A stretch of DNA of 64,000 bases from an uncultured Actinomycetota bacterium (GTDB taxonomy: Bacteria > Actinomycetota > Actinomycetes > Propionibacteriales > Nocardioidaceae). This document shows, one piece after another, positions 10,594 through 19,445 of the stretch. Position 1 is the first letter of the stretch. Each line of letters starts with the position of its first letter. The stretch lies in the NCBI GenBank assembly GCA_963747435.1, contig CAVVFK010000001.1:76674-140673 (forward strand), in the 5' to 3' direction. The translations under genes and the position numbers were made by a program. The notes beneath the pieces are model-generated. The model searched no databases. It saw only the letters and a list, made by a program, of their open reading frames with translations, and was not told the origin of the DNA.

Positions 10594-11832
10594 TCAGACG
10601 CCGGCGAGCTCGCCGTCCTTCGACCCCTCGACCTCGGCCTCGATCAGGTCCGTGGCGCGATCGGTCGTCGCCGCGGCGCGGTGCCGCACGAGCGCCTCGC
10701 GGGCCTCCTGCTCACGACGAGCAGCCATGGCCTCGACGTGCGCCTGCTTGAGCGACTCGCGCTTGACCTTGTCCTTCGAGACCTTGGTGAGGCGGTCGGG
10801 CAAGGCCAGCTTGGCGATCTTGAGCCACACGCTGCCCAGCTGCTTGGTCAGGCCGCCGGTGTTGTACTCCAGACCGTACTTCTCCGCGATCGCCTGCACC
10901 TCGGGCGCGATCTCCGGGTAGCGGCGCGCGGGCAGGTCGGGGAACAGGTGGTGCTCGATCTGGTGGGAGAGGTTGCCCGTCAGCACGTGGAACAGCTTGC
11001 TGCCGGTGATGTTGGCCGAGCCCAGCAGCTGGCGGTAGTACCAGGCCCCGCGGGTCTCGTTCTCGGTCTCCTCACGGGTGAAGGACTCAACTCCGGCGGG
11101 GAAGTGCCCGCAGAAGATGATGTTGTAGGCCCAGATGTTGCGCACCAGGTTCGCGGTCGCGTTGCCCACCAGGGTCAGCGGGAAGAACGGCCCGGTCAGC
11201 GCGGGGAAGAGCACGTAGTCCTTGACCGTCTGGCGCCTGATCTTGCGCAGCATCCCGCGGTGCAGGCTCTTGGTCTCCTTCCAGCTCCGCTCGCCGCTCC
11301 AGATCCGATCGACCTCGAGGTCGTGCATCATCACGCCCCACTCGAAGAACGTCATGAGCAGGAAGGCGTAGACCGGGTTGCCCAGGTAGTAGGGCGACCA
11401 CTTCTGATCCTTGTCCATCCGCAGGACCCCGTAGCCGATGTCACGGTCCTTGCCCAAGATGTTGGTGTAGGTGTGGTGGATGTAGTTGTGGGAGTACTTC
11501 CACTGGTCGCTGGGGCAGACGTTGTCCCACTCGTACATCCGCGAGTTGATGCCGGGGTCACCCATCCAGTCGTACTGGCCGTGCATGACGTTGTGGCCGA
11601 TCTCCATGTTGTCGAGGATCTTCGACGCGCTGAGGCTGGCCACGGCCAGCGGCCATGCCGGCGGGAAGTAGAACAGCGCGCGCCCGGCGCCCTCGAAGGC
11701 CCGCTGGGCCTTGATGACGGAGCGGATGTAGTCGGCGTCGTCCTGGCCGAGGTCGTCGACGACGCGCTGGCGGACCTCGTCGAGCTCGCGACCGAAGTCC
11801 TCGAGCTGGTCGGGGGTCAGGGTGTAAGTCAT
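10594..11832 (-). CDS. Membrane fatty acid desaturase (DesA3-like acyl-CoA desaturase)
   Basis: ATG at 11832 (MTYTLTPDQLEDF...). Histidine boxes are HNVMH, HNYIHH and HQIEHH. A partner reductase lies immediately upstream, as in the mycobacterial DesA3/Rv3230c pair. Confidence 0.85.
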   Translation of the reverse strand: MTYTLTPDQLEDFGRELDEVRQRVVDDLGQDDADYIRSVIKAQRAFEGAGRALFYFPPAWPLAVASLSASKILDNMEIGHNVMHGQYDWMGDPGINSRMYEWDNVCPSDQWKYSHNYIHHTYTNILGKDRDIGYGVLRMDKDQKWSPYYLGNPVYAFLLMTFFEWGVMMHDLEVDRIWSGERSWKETKSLHRGMLRKIRRQTVKDYVLFPALTGPFFPLTLVGNATANLVRNIWAYNIIFCGHFPAGVESFTREETENETRGAWYYRQLLGSANITGSKLFHVLTGNLSHQIEHHLFPDLPARRYPEIAPEVQAIAEKYGLEYNTGGLTKQLGSVWLKIAKLALPDRLTKVSKDKVKRESLKQAHVEAMAARREQEAREALVRHRAAATTDRATDLIEAEVEGSKDGELAGV

Positions 11833-11917
11833 GGTTTCCCTTTCAGAAGTGGGATGTTCCGGTGGAACGAACGGTGGTCGAGGAGCGAGCGCAGGGAGCG
11901 TCTCGCCCCCGCCGTGG

Positions 11918-12982
11918 TCAGACCTCGACCTGGCAGTCGCCGACTGCCGCGTTGACACAGATCTGGATGTCCTCGTCGGGCTCGGAGGACTCGACGCCGG
12001 TCATCACGTTGCGCACGGTGCCCTCGGTCTTGTGCGAGGTGCAGGAGAGGCAGATGCCCATCCGGCATCCGAACTCCGGGCGCAGCCCGAGCGCCTCGGC
12101 CTGCTCGAGCAGCGTCTGGCCGGTGTTGTCCGACTCCTCGCCGCTCGTGGCGAACCGGGTCGAGCCCTCGGCCTCGACGTCCCCGCGCGGCCTGGTGGAG
12201 GTCTTGAAGTACTCCACCCGCAGCCGCGGGTTGTCGGCGTAGGTGCCCTGGACCAGCTCGATCAGGCCCGCCGGGCCGCACGCCCAGGTGTCGAGCTCGG
12301 CGTGACCGGCGACCATGCCGGCCAGCTCCTCGGTGGTGTACGCCGGGTCGCCGCACTCCGGGTAGAGCAGCCGCACCCGCACGTTCGGCGGCAGGTCGGC
12401 CAGCTCCTGGGCGTAGATCTGGTGGTCCGGGGACTGGGCGTAGTGCACGAAGTGCACGGTGCCGCCGTACCCCCGGCGCAGCAGGGTGCGCAGGATCGAC
12501 ATCACCGGGGTGATGCCCGAGCCGCCGGAGATCAGCAGCACCTCCTGCGGCAACGGGTTGGGCAGCGTGAACTCTCCCTGCGCCTGGGAGAGGAAGACCA
12601 CGTCGCCACGGCGGGCGTCGTTGACCAGGTGCTTGGAGACCACGCCGTCGGGGTTCGCGCGCATGGTCAGGGTGATCAGGTCCCCGGACTTCGACTCCGG
12701 GGAGGAGACGGTGAAGCACCGCGTGCGACGCCGCCCGTCGACCTCGATCCCGACCTGGACGTACTGCCCGGCCTGGTGACCCTGCCAGGAGCGCGTCGGC
12801 TCCAGGGTCACCGTGGCCACGGGCTCGCCGGCCCTGGTCTCGCGGGTGATGTCGACGATGCGCGCGCGGACCTCGCTGACCACCGACATCGGGTGGATCA
12901 GCTCGAGGTAGCGGTCGACACCGTGCGGAGTCGCCAGGGCCCTCGCCAGTGGCGACCTCAGGACTGTCTGGGTGAGCGTCAC
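11918..12982 (-). CDS. Ferredoxin-NAD(P) reductase with C-terminal 2Fe-2S domain (desaturase partner oxidoreductase)
   Basis: GTG at 12982 sits 7 nt after AAAGGGGG. Motifs present are RCFTVSS (FAD-binding), LLISGGSGITPV (NAD-binding) and CRMGICLSC...C (2Fe-2S). Confidence 0.85.
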   Translation of the reverse strand: MTLTQTVLRSPLARALATPHGVDRYLELIHPMSVVSEVRARIVDITRETRAGEPVATVTLEPTRSWQGHQAGQYVQVGIEVDGRRRTRCFTVSSPESKSGDLITLTMRANPDGVVSKHLVNDARRGDVVFLSQAQGEFTLPNPLPQEVLLISGGSGITPVMSILRTLLRRGYGGTVHFVHYAQSPDHQIYAQELADLPPNVRVRLLYPECGDPAYTTEELAGMVAGHAELDTWACGPAGLIELVQGTYADNPRLRVEYFKTSTRPRGDVEAEGSTRFATSGEESDNTGQTLLEQAEALGLRPEFGCRMGICLSCTSHKTEGTVRNVMTGVESSEPDEDIQICVNAAVGDCQVEV

Positions 12983-13011
12983 GGGTGTGCCCCCTTTCAG
13001 CAGGAGATTCA

Positions 13012-13027
13012 GTGAACGACTGTTCAC
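13012..13027. promoter_or_regulatory. Palindrome GTGAAC-N4-GTTCAC in the desaturase/TetR divergent region (candidate TetR operator)
   Basis: Perfect 6+6 inverted repeat. Further palindromes nearby are GTTGCAAC (13053-13060), GTGAGC-CC-GCTCAC (13072-13085) and GTGTGCACAC (13101-13110). Confidence 0.4.
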
Positions 13028-13139
13028 CAAGTGTGGTACCCGGCCCCGCCGTGTTGCAACCTCCAAGCGCCGTGAGCCCGCTCACGACACTGGTTCGCCG
13101 GTGTGCACACGCGTACTCCGACTACACTGACGCGGTGAT

Positions 13140-13784
13140 GTGCACGTGACCAGCCCCACACGCAGCGAGCGCAAGGAGGCGACCAGGCAGGCGATCCTGG
13201 ACGCCGCCCTGCGGCTCTCGGAGGAGACCGGCCTGGCCGGGCTCTCGCTGCGCGCGGTGGCCAAGGAGGTCGGCATCGTGCCGACCGCGTTCTACCGGCA
13301 CTTCGCCTCGATCGAGGAGGTCGGGCTCGCCCTGGCCACCCAGGCGTTCGCCTCCCTGCGGCACCTGCTGCGCGACCTGCGCCGGGACATGAACCTCCAG
13401 CGGGTCATCGACGACTCCGTCGAGATCCTGATGCGCCACGTCGCGGAGCACCGCGCGCACTTCCTCTTCATCGGCCGTGAGCGGATCGGCGGCCTGGCCA
13501 GCGTCCGCTCCACGATCCGGCACGAGATCGGGCTGTTCGAGCGTGAGCTCGCCATGGACGTCGCGCGCCTGCCGGAGGTCGCTCACTGGAGCTCGGAGGA
13601 CCTCCAGGCGCTGGCCAACCTGATCGTGAAGCTCATGGTCGAGACCGCGACCGACGTCATCAACACCTCGAGCAACCAGCCCGAGCAGCTCAAGGCGATC
13701 CAGTGGACCGCCGAGCGGCAGCTGCGGATGACGGTGGTCGGCGCCGCCAACTGGGACCGGCCGGGCAGGCAGACCGGCCCCTAG
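13140..13784 (+). CDS. TetR family transcriptional regulator
   Basis: N-terminal HTH: RKEATRQAILDAALRLSEETGLAGLSLRAVAKEVGIVPTAFYRHFASIEEV. Divergent from the desaturase operon. Confidence 0.85.
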   Translation: MHVTSPTRSERKEATRQAILDAALRLSEETGLAGLSLRAVAKEVGIVPTAFYRHFASIEEVGLALATQAFASLRHLLRDLRRDMNLQRVIDDSVEILMRHVAEHRAHFLFIGRERIGGLASVRSTIRHEIGLFERELAMDVARLPEVAHWSSEDLQALANLIVKLMVETATDVINTSSNQPEQLKAIQWTAERQLRMTVVGAANWDRPGRQTGP

Positions 13785-13810
13785 GGCTTCCGAGCTCGGT
13801 CGACGATGAT

Positions 13811-13837
13811 GCAACCTCGAAGGCCACGGGCTGCGTA
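13811..13837 (+). promoter_or_regulatory. Candidate ECF-type autoregulated promoter (GCAACC-N17-CGTA)
   Basis: The motif lies 37 nt upstream of the sigma factor ATG and resembles the GGAAC...CGT architecture of ECF promoters. The match is weak. Confidence 0.3.
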
Positions 13838-13873
13838 GTAACCCCAAGGACACCACGGCCGGAAGGGGTGGAG

Positions 13874-14377
13874 ATGCAGATGCAAGCAGCCGAGTTCGAC
13901 GAGTTCTACGCAGCATCGTTCGCACCCATCACGCGTCAGCTGTACGCGGTCATCGGCGACTATGCCGAGGCGCAGGACTGCGTCCAAGAGGCATTCGTGC
14001 GCGCGTGGCACCAGCGACGCAAGCTGGCGCGCGACGGCTCTCCCACGAGATGGGTACGCACCACGGCCTACCGGCTGGCGGTGAGCAGGTGGCGGTCCGT
14101 CACCAAGGACCGCCGAGCTCACGTCCGTGCCGCTGCTCAGCCGCCGCCGACACCGCCTGACGAGGCCGTGGATCGTCTGGTCGAGGCGCTCGGCACGCTC
14201 CCGATCGAGATGCGGCGCGTGCTCGTGCTGCATCACCTGTGTGACTTGTCGGTGGCCGACGTTGCTCGAGAAGTGGACGCGCCGGAGGGCACGGTCAAGG
14301 CTCGGCTCTCACGTGGCCGCGAGGCGCTTCGTGCCGCCATGGAGCTCACGAACGGAAAGGAGGCGGACCATGTCTGA
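13874..14377 (+). CDS. ECF (sigma-70 family) RNA polymerase sigma factor
   Basis: ATG at 13874 after a GGAAGGGG RBS. Region 2 is DCVQEAFVRAWHQRRKL and region 4 is RRVLVLHHLCDLSVADVAREVDAPEGTVKARLSRGREAL. Confidence 0.85.
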   Translation: MQMQAAEFDEFYAASFAPITRQLYAVIGDYAEAQDCVQEAFVRAWHQRRKLARDGSPTRWVRTTAYRLAVSRWRSVTKDRRAHVRAAAQPPPTPPDEAVDRLVEALGTLPIEMRRVLVLHHLCDLSVADVAREVDAPEGTVKARLSRGREALRAAMELTNGKEADHV

Positions 14378-15173
14378 CCTGTTCACTCCCCTTCGTGAGT
14401 ACCAGCCCGCCGTCAACCCGCTCGATGCCGGTGAGGTCCGGCGTCTGGGGGAGCGACGGAGGCGTCGTCATGTCATCGCCGGCGCGTCCGCAGCGGCATG
14501 CATGGTGCTCGCCGCGATCGCCGTGGGGATCAGTGGCACCCACCTGACCGACAGCTCGCCGCCGCCTCCCGCCGAGGAGCCGACGGAGAGCCCCAGGTCC
14601 GCCGCCGTCATCCCCGAGGACTTCCCGCTCGGGCGCGGTCTACCGGTCGCGGAGCAGGTGTTCGATACACGTGGGGCCTCCGTTCCGCCGTTCACCGAGT
14701 TCGTCGACGCGATCTGCGGCAAGGACTACCGGCAGGCCGGCGAGCCCGTCGACCGGGCCGCCATCAACATGACCCGTTACGTCAAATCCGGACTCGGCAT
14801 ACGGGACCTCCTGGTCTACGCCAGTCCCGCTGACGGGCTCGCGGCCGCGAGGTCGTTCGTCCGCACCCTCGAGAAGTGTCCCCGAGACCGGAGCAGCGGT
14901 GGCCTGACCACGACCACGGTCGCACCGCTGGCTGACCTCGGCGACCACGCCTGGACGGCGTTGCGGCTCTACTCCTACAGCGGGGACGTCGTGGCGGTGG
15001 AGCACTACTTCATCGTGCAGCGCGGTGCCGCTGTGCTCGTCATGCACGAGCAGGGCAGCGAGGGTCCACTGATGGCCGAGGACACGCGCCAGGCCTACCT
15101 CGAGAAGTTCCGCACCCAGACGCTCGAGCCCGTGGTGGCCGCCCTGTGTGCCATCGAGGGCCCCGTCTGCTGA
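14370..15173 (+). CDS. Single-pass membrane protein, putative anti-sigma factor
   Basis: The ATG at 14370 overlaps the sigma gene stop by 8 nt. It has a short cytoplasmic N-terminus, one TM segment (VIAGASAAACMVLAAIAVGI) and an extracytoplasmic domain. The function is inferred from position only. Confidence 0.55.
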   Translation: MSDLFTPLREYQPAVNPLDAGEVRRLGERRRRRHVIAGASAAACMVLAAIAVGISGTHLTDSSPPPPAEEPTESPRSAAVIPEDFPLGRGLPVAEQVFDTRGASVPPFTEFVDAICGKDYRQAGEPVDRAAINMTRYVKSGLGIRDLLVYASPADGLAAARSFVRTLEKCPRDRSSGGLTTTTVAPLADLGDHAWTALRLYSYSGDVVAVEHYFIVQRGAAVLVMHEQGSEGPLMAEDTRQAYLEKFRTQTLEPVVAALCAIEGPVC

Positions 15174-15185
15174 GGGGGACGCTGC

Positions 15186-15219
15186 GGGCCGGGCGGTGAG
15201 GTGACCCACCGCCCGGCCC
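15186..15219. terminator. Bidirectional hairpin between convergent genes
   Basis: Perfect 13-bp stem GGGCCGGGCGGTG / CACCGCCCGGCCC with an 8-nt loop. Confidence 0.6.
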
Positions 15220-15223
15220 GGCC

Positions 15224-15973
15224 TCACATCAGCTTGCGCGCGAGCGGCAGCGGCAGGTGCTTCAGGGCCACCCCGATCGGGCCCCAGGGCCAGGCCGGGA
15301 CGCTGGCCGAGTCGACCTGCTTCTCGATCAGCTTGACCATCTCGGCCACGCCCTTCTCGGTGCTGACGATCAGCTTGTTGTTGGACTCGTTGCGGGCCGT
15401 CATCTCCGACTCGATGTAGCCGGGGTAGAGCACGGTCACCTTGATCGGGCTGCGGTGGAGATCGGCGCGCAGCCCCTCGGCGAGATGGGCGGCGCCCGCC
15501 TTGCTCGCGGCGTACGTCGTGAGCTGGCGGGGCATGCCCCTCACCGCCGAGATCGAGGAGACCATGACGAAGTGACCGTGACCCTGCTCGCGCAGGATCC
15601 CCGCGGCCGCCTCGGTCTGGGCGAGCGCGCCGATGAAGTTGGTCTGAGCGGTCTCCTTGTTGGCGTAGAACTTGCCGGTGCCCAGCTGCGCGCCCTTGCC
15701 GAGCCCGGCGTTGATGACGAAACGGTCGATGCCACCGAAGTCGTCGCGGAAGGCACCGAAGACCTCGAAGACCCGGTCGTGGTCGTTGACGTCGAGGGAG
15801 CGCACCTCGATCCGGGGCCCCGGGCTCTGCGCGCTGATCTGCGCCCGGAGCTCCTCGAGCCGATCCTCCCGCCGCGCGCACAGCGCCAGGTCGTAGCCCT
15901 TCGCGGCGAACTGCCGCGCCATCTCCGCGCCCAGTCCCGAGCTGGCTCCGGTGATCAGGATCGTCTCGCTCAT
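15224..15973 (-). CDS. Short-chain dehydrogenase/reductase (SDR)
   Basis: ATG at 15973 (MSETILITGASSGLGAEMARQFA...). The TGxxxGxG motif and the YAASKAG catalytic motif are present. Confidence 0.85.
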   Translation of the reverse strand: MSETILITGASSGLGAEMARQFAAKGYDLALCARREDRLEELRAQISAQSPGPRIEVRSLDVNDHDRVFEVFGAFRDDFGGIDRFVINAGLGKGAQLGTGKFYANKETAQTNFIGALAQTEAAAGILREQGHGHFVMVSSISAVRGMPRQLTTYAASKAGAAHLAEGLRADLHRSPIKVTVLYPGYIESEMTARNESNNKLIVSTEKGVAEMVKLIEKQVDSASVPAWPWGPIGVALKHLPLPLARKLM

Positions 15974-16000
15974 GCTCGCTCCTCGGTGGGGGGTCGGGTC

Positions 16001-16094
16001 GGCAGTTTCCCAAGGTATGTAGGCGAACTGCCACTTCCCACGGGTTGCAACCCGTGGGAAGTGGCAGGTGAGCAACAGACCTTGGGAAACTGCC
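16001..16094. repeat. Nested perfect palindrome (16-bp outer stem, 19-bp inner stem) between the phosphatase and SDR genes
   Basis: The outer stem is GGCAGTTTCCCAAGGT (16001-16016) / ACCTTGGGAAACTGCC (16079-16094). The inner stem is CTGCCACTTCCCACGGGTT (16028-16046), a GC loop, then AACCCGTGGGAAGTGGCAG (16049-16067). Confidence 0.85.
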
Positions 16095-16104
16095 CGCCGA
16101 ACGC

Positions 16105-16755
16105 CTACCGATAGGTGAGGGTACGGCGGTCCAGGTGCGGGTGCTCGTTGACCGAGACCAAGGTGAGGCCGCGGCGTCCGGTGACGACCTTGGTGACGCC
16201 GGTGTTGACCAGGACCGGGTTGACGCAGGCCCACTGGGCGACCCCGCCGGACCACAGGCTCGCCACCACCCAGGCGATTGCTCCCCCGCTGGTGAAGACC
16301 ACCCCGGTCTCGCCGCCGCCCAGCGAGTCGGCCGCCTCGAGCACGGCGCCGCTCACCCGCTCGGTGAACGCGGTGAAGGACTCGGTGTAGTCGCTGTCGT
16401 GGCCGCCGCCGTTCCACCGGGCCACGGCGGCGTCGAAGAAGGCGTTGTAGGCCTCGGGCTTGTCGGCCTGCGGGGTCACCTCGTCGTAGCGGCGCAGCAG
16501 CTCGACGTGGTCGAACTCGCTCCAGCGCCGGTCGGTGGTCACCGGCGCCGACCAGCCGGCCGCACCGCACGCCGCCGTCACGGTCTCGTCGTGGCGCCGC
16601 AGCCCCCCCGTCCACACCCGCGCCGGAGCGACCCCGCGCGCGGCGAGGTCCTTCCCGAGGTGACCGGACTGCTCGTGGCCCAGCTCGGAGAGCACGTCGT
16701 AGTCCTGCGCACCCCACGACGCCTGGCCGTGGCGCACCAGCAGCAGGACGCTCAC
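16105..16755 (-). CDS. Histidine phosphatase (phosphoglycerate mutase-like) family protein
   Basis: GTG at 16755 (VSVLLLVRHGQASWG, the RHG catalytic motif). A GTGA overlap links it to the upstream kinase stop. Confidence 0.8.
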   Translation of the reverse strand: MSVLLLVRHGQASWGAQDYDVLSELGHEQSGHLGKDLAARGVAPARVWTGGLRRHDETVTAACGAAGWSAPVTTDRRWSEFDHVELLRRYDEVTPQADKPEAYNAFFDAAVARWNGGGHDSDYTESFTAFTERVSGAVLEAADSLGGGETGVVFTSGGAIAWVVASLWSGGVAQWACVNPVLVNTGVTKVVTGRRGLTLVSVNEHPHLDRRTLTYR

Positions 16756-17855
16756 GAGCGAACCTGGTCGACCTCGGAGATCAGCGCGAGGATCCGCTCG
16801 CGCATCTGGCGCACGGCCGGCCCGAAGACGGCGAACAGCTCGTTGGAGGTCTGGCCGTGGAAGTAGCGGTAGTAGATCTGCTGGGCGATGACCGCGGAGC
16901 GGAAGTAGCCGAAGACCTCGTAGAACGACCACTGCCGCGCAGTGACCTCGCGCCCGGTCCGCTCGCAGTAGGCCTCGACGAACTCCCAGCGCGTGAGCAT
17001 CCCCGGCAGGTGCGTGGGCACCCGCCGGAACTGCTCGAACTCCTGATCACCGGCCTCCACCCAGTAGGCCAGGTCGCCGCCGAGGTCCATCAGCGGGTCG
17101 CCCAGCGTGGCCATCTCCCAGTCGAGGACCCCCACGATCCGGGTGGGGTCGTCGGCGTCGAAGACGACGTTGTCCATCTTGAAGTCGTTGTGGATCACGC
17201 AGGTCGCCACGTCCTCCGGCTGGTGCTCGTCGAGCCACGACATCACCGGCTCGAAGTCGGGGGCGTCATCGGTCATCGCGTTGCGCATCCGCGTGGACCA
17301 GCCGCCGACCTGGCGCCTGACGTAGCCCTCGCCCTTGCCCAGCGACTCCAGGCCCGCCTGGGTCGGGTCGACCGAGTGCAGCTCGGCCAGGACGTCGACC
17401 ATCGCCAGGCACATCCCGCGAGCCTGCGCCGGGCTCAGCTCCACGCCGGGCGGCAGATCCGCCCGCGGGATCATGCCCTCGATGCGGTCCATGACATAGA
17501 AGTCGGAGCCGATGACGCTCTCGTCCTCGCAGTAGCCGACCATGTGGGCGACGTAGGGGAAGACCGGCTCCAGCGCGGACTGGATCCGGAACTCGCGCCC
17601 CATGTCGTGGGCACCTTTGGCCTTCGTGCCGCGCGGCGCGCGGCGCAGGATCAGGTCGCGCTCGGGGAAGCGCAGCAGGTAGGTCAGGTTGGAGGCCCCA
17701 CCGCTGAACTGGCGCAGCTGCGGGGTGCCCTCCAGGACCTCCGCGTCCTGCGGCGCCGCGTTGGCCCGGAGCCAGCCCAGGACCGCCTCGAGGTCGAAGG
17801 CGTCCTCCGCTCGCACCTCGCGCGAGCCCTCCGGCTGGTTGCCCTCGTCAGTCAT
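16752..17855 (-). CDS. Phosphotransferase (APH / ACAD10-11 kinase-domain-like) family protein
   Basis: 367-aa ORF with a Brenner-type motif CVIHNDFKMDNVVF and VLDWEMATLGDP. Confidence 0.8.
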   Translation of the reverse strand: MTDEGNQPEGSREVRAEDAFDLEAVLGWLRANAAPQDAEVLEGTPQLRQFSGGASNLTYLLRFPERDLILRRAPRGTKAKGAHDMGREFRIQSALEPVFPYVAHMVGYCEDESVIGSDFYVMDRIEGMIPRADLPPGVELSPAQARGMCLAMVDVLAELHSVDPTQAGLESLGKGEGYVRRQVGGWSTRMRNAMTDDAPDFEPVMSWLDEHQPEDVATCVIHNDFKMDNVVFDADDPTRIVGVLDWEMATLGDPLMDLGGDLAYWVEAGDQEFEQFRRVPTHLPGMLTRWEFVEAYCERTGREVTARQWSFYEVFGYFRSAVIAQQIYYRYFHGQTSNELFAVFGPAVRQMRERILALISEVDQVRS

Positions 17856-18781
17856 CGCACTCCCCTGTCGTGGTCCCCGCCCGGTCGGTCATCCGCCGTC
17901 GCCGCCCGGGGCTCAGCGGCTGCCGCGGCCTCGTCGAGCTTGCGCGCCTGCGCCCGCATGAGCTCGTCGTACGCCGCCCGGTCGCTGCGCTTGAGCCCGT
18001 ACGCCTGGCGGGCGGCGGCATCGGGCAGGATCAGCTCGCGGCCCTGCTCGAGGCCCTCGAGCACGGCCGCCGCGATCTCGTCGGCGCCGAGCGGCGCACT
18101 GCTCACCAGCTGGGCCATCACCCGCCCCACCGCCTCGTCGCTGCCGCGCAGCGAGTCCATCAGGTTGGTGCGGAAGTACGACGGGCACACCGCGTGGGCG
18201 CACACCCCGTGAGCGGCCAGCTCGTGCCCGACGGTCTCGGTGAAGGCCAGCAGCGCTGACTTCACCGCGTTGTACGACGCCATCCCGGCCGGGTGCACCA
18301 GCGCCGCCAGCGAGGCGACGTTGACCACACAGCCACGGCCCTGGGACTTGAACCCCGGCGTGAAGGCACGCACGCCCCGCACCGCGCCGTACAGGTTGAC
18401 CTCGACGAGTCGCTGCCACTCCTCGACGGTGGCGCGGTCGACCCGGCCACCACCGGCGACGCCGGCGTTGTTGACCAGCAGGTCTAGCCCGTCCCACTCA
18501 CGCTCGACCCAGTCGCGGGCGGCGTCCCAGTCGTGCTCGGAGGTGACGTCGAGCCGACGCAGCGCCCCGGGGTCCACCTCGCCGTGCCAACCGCTCTCAG
18601 CGCTCGCGTCGGTCGCCAGGACGCGCACCCCGCGGGCTCGCAGGGCCTGGGTCAGCGCCGCCCCCAGCCCGGACCCGGCGCCGGTGACCAGAGCGCGGTC
18701 ACCGGCCTGCAGCCCAGGCGTCGGTGCGGCCGCCGGGCTCGGCGCGCTGGAGGGATCGTCGCTGGTCACGACAGCCGACAC
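17852..18781 (-). CDS. Short-chain dehydrogenase/reductase (SDR)
   Basis: Motifs ALVTGAGSGLGAAL, NNAG and YNAVKSA are present. An ATGA overlap links it to the downstream kinase gene. Confidence 0.85.
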   Translation of the reverse strand: MSAVVTSDDPSSAPSPAAAPTPGLQAGDRALVTGAGSGLGAALTQALRARGVRVLATDASAESGWHGEVDPGALRRLDVTSEHDWDAARDWVEREWDGLDLLVNNAGVAGGGRVDRATVEEWQRLVEVNLYGAVRGVRAFTPGFKSQGRGCVVNVASLAALVHPAGMASYNAVKSALLAFTETVGHELAAHGVCAHAVCPSYFRTNLMDSLRGSDEAVGRVMAQLVSSAPLGADEIAAAVLEGLEQGRELILPDAAARQAYGLKRSDRAAYDELMRAQARKLDEAAAAAEPRAATADDRPGGDHDRGVR

Positions 18782-18877
18782 TAGACGATCCGGACACCCG
18801 GGCTTCGTCCGATGCCCGGGCCGCAGGGGGCGGTCCTCGGTATGCTGCGAGCAACCGAGGGACGGGAAACATCGCAG

Positions 18878-19411
18878 ATGGCCAGACGCATCCGCGCGCT
18901 CTCGGCAGCGCTCTGCGTGGCGCTGCCGCTGGCGATGCTGAGCGCCTGCGGCAGTGCGGACGCCGACGAGGAGCGCGCGGTGGCGGCCCTGAAGGCGCAG
19001 ATGGTCGGCAACGCCGGCATGACCACGGGCAAGCGCCTGGACGACGCGGAGACCGACTGCGTCGCCACCGGCGCGGTCGACACCCTCGGGGTCCCCACCC
19101 TGCAGGCCTACGACCTGCTCACCGACGACCTGCGACCCGACCAGTCGCTCCAGGGCGTCAGGCTCGACCCGCAGGACGCCGACGCGCTCGCCGAGGTCTT
19201 CGCCGAGTGCCTGAACGTCGAGAAGCTCATGGAGCGTCAGATCATCTCCGGTCTCGACCTGCCCAAGAAGCGCAAGCGCAAGGCCAAGCGGTGCGTGAAG
19301 AAGCTGGTGACCACCGAGGAGGTCACCCGCACCCTGTCCCTGGAGTTCCAGAGCGCCGAGAACCCGGTCTTCGAGGAGCTGCTGAACGAGCTCACCTCAT
19401 GTTTGCGTTGA
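18878..19411 (+). CDS. Acidic Cys4 lipoprotein, paralog 1
   Basis: ATG at 18878 with signal and lipobox MARRIRALSAALCVALPLAMLSAC. It shares four conserved Cys blocks with the next two genes. Confidence 0.75.
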   Translation: MARRIRALSAALCVALPLAMLSACGSADADEERAVAALKAQMVGNAGMTTGKRLDDAETDCVATGAVDTLGVPTLQAYDLLTDDLRPDQSLQGVRLDPQDADALAEVFAECLNVEKLMERQIISGLDLPKKRKRKAKRCVKKLVTTEEVTRTLSLEFQSAENPVFEELLNELTSCLR

Positions 19412-19445
19412 TCACCTCAGGGCCGACCTGGCAGGGTCGGTCCCG

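Noticed and set aside
13053-16051. Recurrence of the 8-nt palindrome GTTGCAAC (13053, 16044) and of TGCAAC/GTTGCA half-sites in the PadR operators, as a possible common regulon.
   Set aside because: There are only two full occurrences, and the expected chance count in 64 kb is not negligible. The contexts differ, so the evidence is too weak without a genome-wide count.
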